DNA of 64,000 nucleotides from Escherichia coli (GTDB lineage Bacteria; Pseudomonadota; Gammaproteobacteria; Enterobacterales; Enterobacteriaceae): NCBI RefSeq assembly GCF_001677475.2, contig NZ_CP015229.1; one strand, 5' to 3'. Shown piece by piece: positions 61,064 to 64,000 of this stretch (position 1 is its first letter; each line of letters starts with the position of its first letter). The notes under the pieces were generated by a model. It saw only the letters and a program-made list of their open reading frames with translations, ran no database searches and was not told where the DNA came from. The position numbers and the translations under genes were made by a program.

Positions 61064-61807
61064 TTATTGGCGAATCAACATATACAGGCGGAACAGATAG
61101 ATGAGCAATATGGCTGAAATCAGGTTGCTCAAGGTGTTCGCCAGTACGGCACCAATTTCCGGGGTTAATGCGGCAAAAGAAGAGGCAAAAAGCAGCAACA
61201 GTGTTTTTGCCAGCAACCAGCTCAGTACTGCGGGTGCCACCAGACGCATATTCGCCCAAGTCAGCCGCATACTGCTACGCATCGAGGCAAAAATGCCCAT
61301 TTTGTCCTGTACCAGCATCACCGGTGCCAGGGCCAGTAAAATGGCCATGATAATTCCCGGAACGACCACCAGCATGATGCCAATCTGTACTAAAAGGGTA
61401 GTCAGAAAAATCAGAATAAATAACTTTGGCAATATCGGCGCACTGGCACCAATAACTCGCAGCGCACTGACTCTCTGACCCGCAGACACCAGCTGGATAA
61501 TTAATATTACGCCTCCGGCGAGAATGGCGTTACCAATTAATCCTGAAAAAGTGGACGCCGCTGAAGCCTGCAGCAAAATTTGTTGCTGTTCCGGTGACAT
61601 ATTCTGAACCAGGTCGAACAATCCACTACTGCCGCTAACGGGCACGCCGTCATTGAGCTGCGCAAGCTGTGCATCACTGGGTGAGAAAACATGCCCTAAC
61701 ACCACTGTGATAAACGCACATAGCAACGATACCAACAGAATGGTCATAAATTGATTACGGAAGAAATTTCCGGTGTCACGGTATACGGACTGCGCCGTGA
61801 TAGACAT
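61064..61807 (-). CDS. yciC: UPF0259 inner-membrane protein YciC
   Basis: 247 aa, six TM segments. Confidence 0.9.
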   Translation of the reverse strand: MSITAQSVYRDTGNFFRNQFMTILLVSLLCAFITVVLGHVFSPSDAQLAQLNDGVPVSGSSGLFDLVQNMSPEQQQILLQASAASTFSGLIGNAILAGGVILIIQLVSAGQRVSALRVIGASAPILPKLFILIFLTTLLVQIGIMLVVVPGIIMAILLALAPVMLVQDKMGIFASMRSSMRLTWANMRLVAPAVLSWLLAKTLLLLFASSFAALTPEIGAVLANTLSNLISAILLIYLFRLYMLIRQ

Positions 61808-62001
61808 GCACTCTCCTTGAGTTTTATGCAGGTGTTAATTAGCGGGCAATTGTACCCTGGTTAAGCCTCGGGTGGCAGCATCAGGTCTTGTATGGAAAAG
61901 CATATCTTTGTAAAGCGGAGGTAATTGCTGGCCTTCAGGCATGGGCAAACCGCTGCAAGTGGCGATCGAGTTAATATTTGCGTAGCGAAAATATTTAAAA
62001 A

Positions 62002-62015
62002 TTGATTTAAATCAC
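62002..62015 (+). promoter_or_regulatory. FNR-like half-consensus site TTGAT-TTAA-ATCAC upstream of ompW
   Basis: 9/10 match to TTGAT-N4-ATCAA, about 155 nt upstream of ompW ATG. Confidence 0.4.
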
Positions 62016-62163
62016 GTTAACCATGATTCTCAATGCAACTTCTAAATTAATCCAGATCAATAAAGGGTGAATTATCATATGTAATGTGATCTATGTAGGA
62101 TCATTTGTTACTCCAATGTAGGTATATTCGTCACGTTTTTATAACCATAACGACGGAGCGGAT

Positions 62164-62802
62164 ATGAAAAAGTTAACAGTGGCGGCTTTGGCAGTAACAA
62201 CTCTTCTCTCTGGCAGTGCCTATGCGCATGAAGCAGGTGAATTTTTTATGCGTGCAGGTTCTGCAACCGTACGTCCAACAGAAGGTGCTGGTGGTACGTT
62301 AGGAAGTCTGGGTGGATTCAGCGTGACCAATAACACTCAACTGGGCCTGACGTTTACTTATATGGCGACCGACAACATTGGTGTGGAATTACTGGCAGCG
62401 ACGCCGTTCCGCCATAAAATCGGCACCCGGGCGACCGGCGATATTGCAACCGTTCATCATCTGCCGCCAACACTGATGGCGCAGTGGTATTTTGGTGATG
62501 CCAGCAGCAAATTCCGTCCTTATGTTGGGGCAGGTATTAACTACACCACTTTCTTTGATAATGGATTTAACGATCATGGCAAAGAGGCGGGGCTTTCCGA
62601 TCTCAGTCTGAAAGATTCCTGGGGAGCTGCCGGGCAGGTGGGGGTTGATTATCTGATTAACCGTGACTGGTTGGTTAACATGTCAGTCTGGTACATGGAT
62701 ATCGATACCACCGCCAATTATAAGCTGGGCGGTGCACAGCAACACGATAGCGTACGCCTCGATCCGTGGGTGTTTATGTTCTCAGCAGGATATCGTTTTT
62801 AA
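62164..62802 (+). CDS. ompW: outer-membrane protein W (8-stranded beta-barrel)
   Basis: 212 aa, signal peptide MKKLTVAALAVTTLLSGSAYA, C-terminal ...GYRF. Confidence 0.95.
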   Translation: MKKLTVAALAVTTLLSGSAYAHEAGEFFMRAGSATVRPTEGAGGTLGSLGGFSVTNNTQLGLTFTYMATDNIGVELLAATPFRHKIGTRATGDIATVHHLPPTLMAQWYFGDASSKFRPYVGAGINYTTFFDNGFNDHGKEAGLSDLSLKDSWGAAGQVGVDYLINRDWLVNMSVWYMDIDTTANYKLGGAQQHDSVRLDPWVFMFSAGYRF

Positions 62803-62816
62803 TTCCGCACAAAAAC

Positions 62817-62837
62817 GACCCCGTAATATACGGGGTC
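62817..62837. terminator. hairpin GACCCCGTA-ATA-TACGGGGTC between convergent ompW and yciE, likely shared terminator
   Basis: Perfect 9-bp stem; A5 upstream gives U-run on minus strand; plus-strand U-run weak. Confidence 0.65.
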
Positions 62838-62861
62838 AATAAGGACATGGCATAAAGGGTA

Positions 62862-63368
62862 TTATTTCTTCGCTTCTACGCCATCAGTTTCAGAGCGAAT
62901 TAAAAATTTCTCAGTTGTTTGCGGAATATGCTGAATCAGCCAGTCGGCCATTTGCTTTTCCTCATTTAAAATCGCTTCGATGGTTGGAATTGAAGCTGTA
63001 TCACCGGCATTTTTTGCTGCTGCTAATAGTGAGGTGTAACACGCGATTTCAAATTGCTCGAAGACATATCCGCTAATAGAGCCTTTGACTATTTCATCAG
63101 AAGGGAATATACCACCGATTGACTGCCCAAGCGCAGCCATTTTACTCATGGAATCTTTAATGACTGAACGTGAAATGTCATTACGATCAAGAATAGTTTC
63201 CAGTTGAACTATCTGGTTTTTGGTTTCACTAAGATGTTGTTCAATACGAGCGCGTAGTTCAGGATAATTATCTATACGGCTGGCCATGGATTCAAGCATG
63301 GATTCGGCTTGCTTTTCCATTGCGTGGGCGTCACGTAACCAGTCATGATAATGATCAATACGATTCAT
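62862..63368 (-). CDS. yciE: ferritin-like (DUF892) stress protein YciE
   Basis: 168 aa. Confidence 0.9.
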   Translation of the reverse strand: MNRIDHYHDWLRDAHAMEKQAESMLESMASRIDNYPELRARIEQHLSETKNQIVQLETILDRNDISRSVIKDSMSKMAALGQSIGGIFPSDEIVKGSISGYVFEQFEIACYTSLLAAAKNAGDTASIPTIEAILNEEKQMADWLIQHIPQTTEKFLIRSETDGVEAKK

Positions 63369-63413
63369 GAAAATGTCCTCTTTATAAAATGACTAAAAGT
63401 TAAAGTTCATATT

Positions 63414-63914
63414 TCAGGCTTTATTTTCGGCTTTCTTATTTACGTTATTAAGGGCCAGATCAGTCAGTTTGATGTCGGTGGCCTTTTCTTCTTCCAGAGT
63501 TTCTTTCAGAAGCTTCGCTGCTTTACGGTAACCTAATTGTTCAGCCAGCGTCGCTAAGGTCCCGTAACTGGCGATCTCATAGTGCTCGACTTTCTGTGCA
63601 GCGGCAATCAGTGCGGCATCACGCACTTCGTTTTTCTCGGTGCTTTCGATGACCTCATTAGCTTCTTCAATAAGACCTTCCATGGCCACACATTTCATGC
63701 GCTTAATTTTCAGGTTCGGTTCGGATTCCACAACTTGATCAATTCGTTCAATCTGTCCATGAGTTTCCTCGAGGTGCGCATGAAAAGCCTGACTTAATTT
63801 TTCGTTTGATGTTGCTCTTGCGAGTTTTGCCAGTGCCCGGGTTAATTGTTTTTCTGCGCTGTAGGTATCTGAAAGCAGGTGAATAAATACATCTTCAATG
63901 GTCTTCATATTCAT
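63414..63914 (-). CDS. yciF: ferritin-like (DUF892) stress protein YciF
   Basis: ORF 63414..63962; ATG at 63914 gives MNMKTIEDVFIHLLSDTYSAEKQ..., 166 aa. Confidence 0.85.
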   Translation of the reverse strand: MNMKTIEDVFIHLLSDTYSAEKQLTRALAKLARATSNEKLSQAFHAHLEETHGQIERIDQVVESEPNLKIKRMKCVAMEGLIEEANEVIESTEKNEVRDAALIAAAQKVEHYEIASYGTLATLAEQLGYRKAAKLLKETLEEEKATDIKLTDLALNNVNKKAENKA

Positions 63915-64000
63915 ATTTTTCTCCAGTGAAATCACTGCGAGCCATACGGCCCGCAGATGCAATTATCTTTATCAGCTGATATTAATAATTAACGGTTAAT

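Noticed and set aside
61808-62163. 35-aa minus-strand ORF (MPEGQQLPPLYKDMLFHTRPDAATRGLTRVQLPAN) between yciC and ompW
   Set aside because: No convincing RBS, no hydrophobic or basic signature, and it sits in the ompW promoter region with the FNR-like site.

Overview
This 64-kb window reads as ordinary enterobacterial core chromosome, with gene content and order matching the Escherichia coli dha-nar-opp region; I found no convincing new or horizontally acquired system. Every ORF of 60 aa or more that I accept has an obvious housekeeping identity, and there is no integrase, transposase, phage gene, CRISPR array or restriction/defence gene cluster. Gene order is dhaM (partial), dhaL, dhaK, dhaR, ycgV, ychF, pth, ychH, dauA, prs, ispE, lolB, hemA, prfA, prmC, sirB2, sirB1, kdsA, two Ldr/Rdl repeat units, chaA, chaB, chaC, ychN, ychO, narL, narX, narK, narGHJI, a tRNA-Tyr locus with three 178-bp repeats, purU, ychJ, rssA, rssB, galU, hns, tdk, adhE, ychE, oppABCDF, yciU, clsA, yciY, kch, yciI, tonB, yciA, yciB, yciC, ompW, yciE, yciF. 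The loci most worth a second look are the two tandem 535-bp Ldr/Rdl type I toxin-antitoxin units, the single tRNA-Tyr followed by three 178-bp repeats with one intact 29-aa Arg-rich tpr-like ORF, and two AT-rich intergenic blocks upstream of ycgV and oppA. Gene names come from recognising the translated proteins from memory, not from a database search. CDS coordinates are anchored on the supplied ORF track; hand-read coordinates for terminators, binding sites and small RNAs may be off by 1-2 nt.
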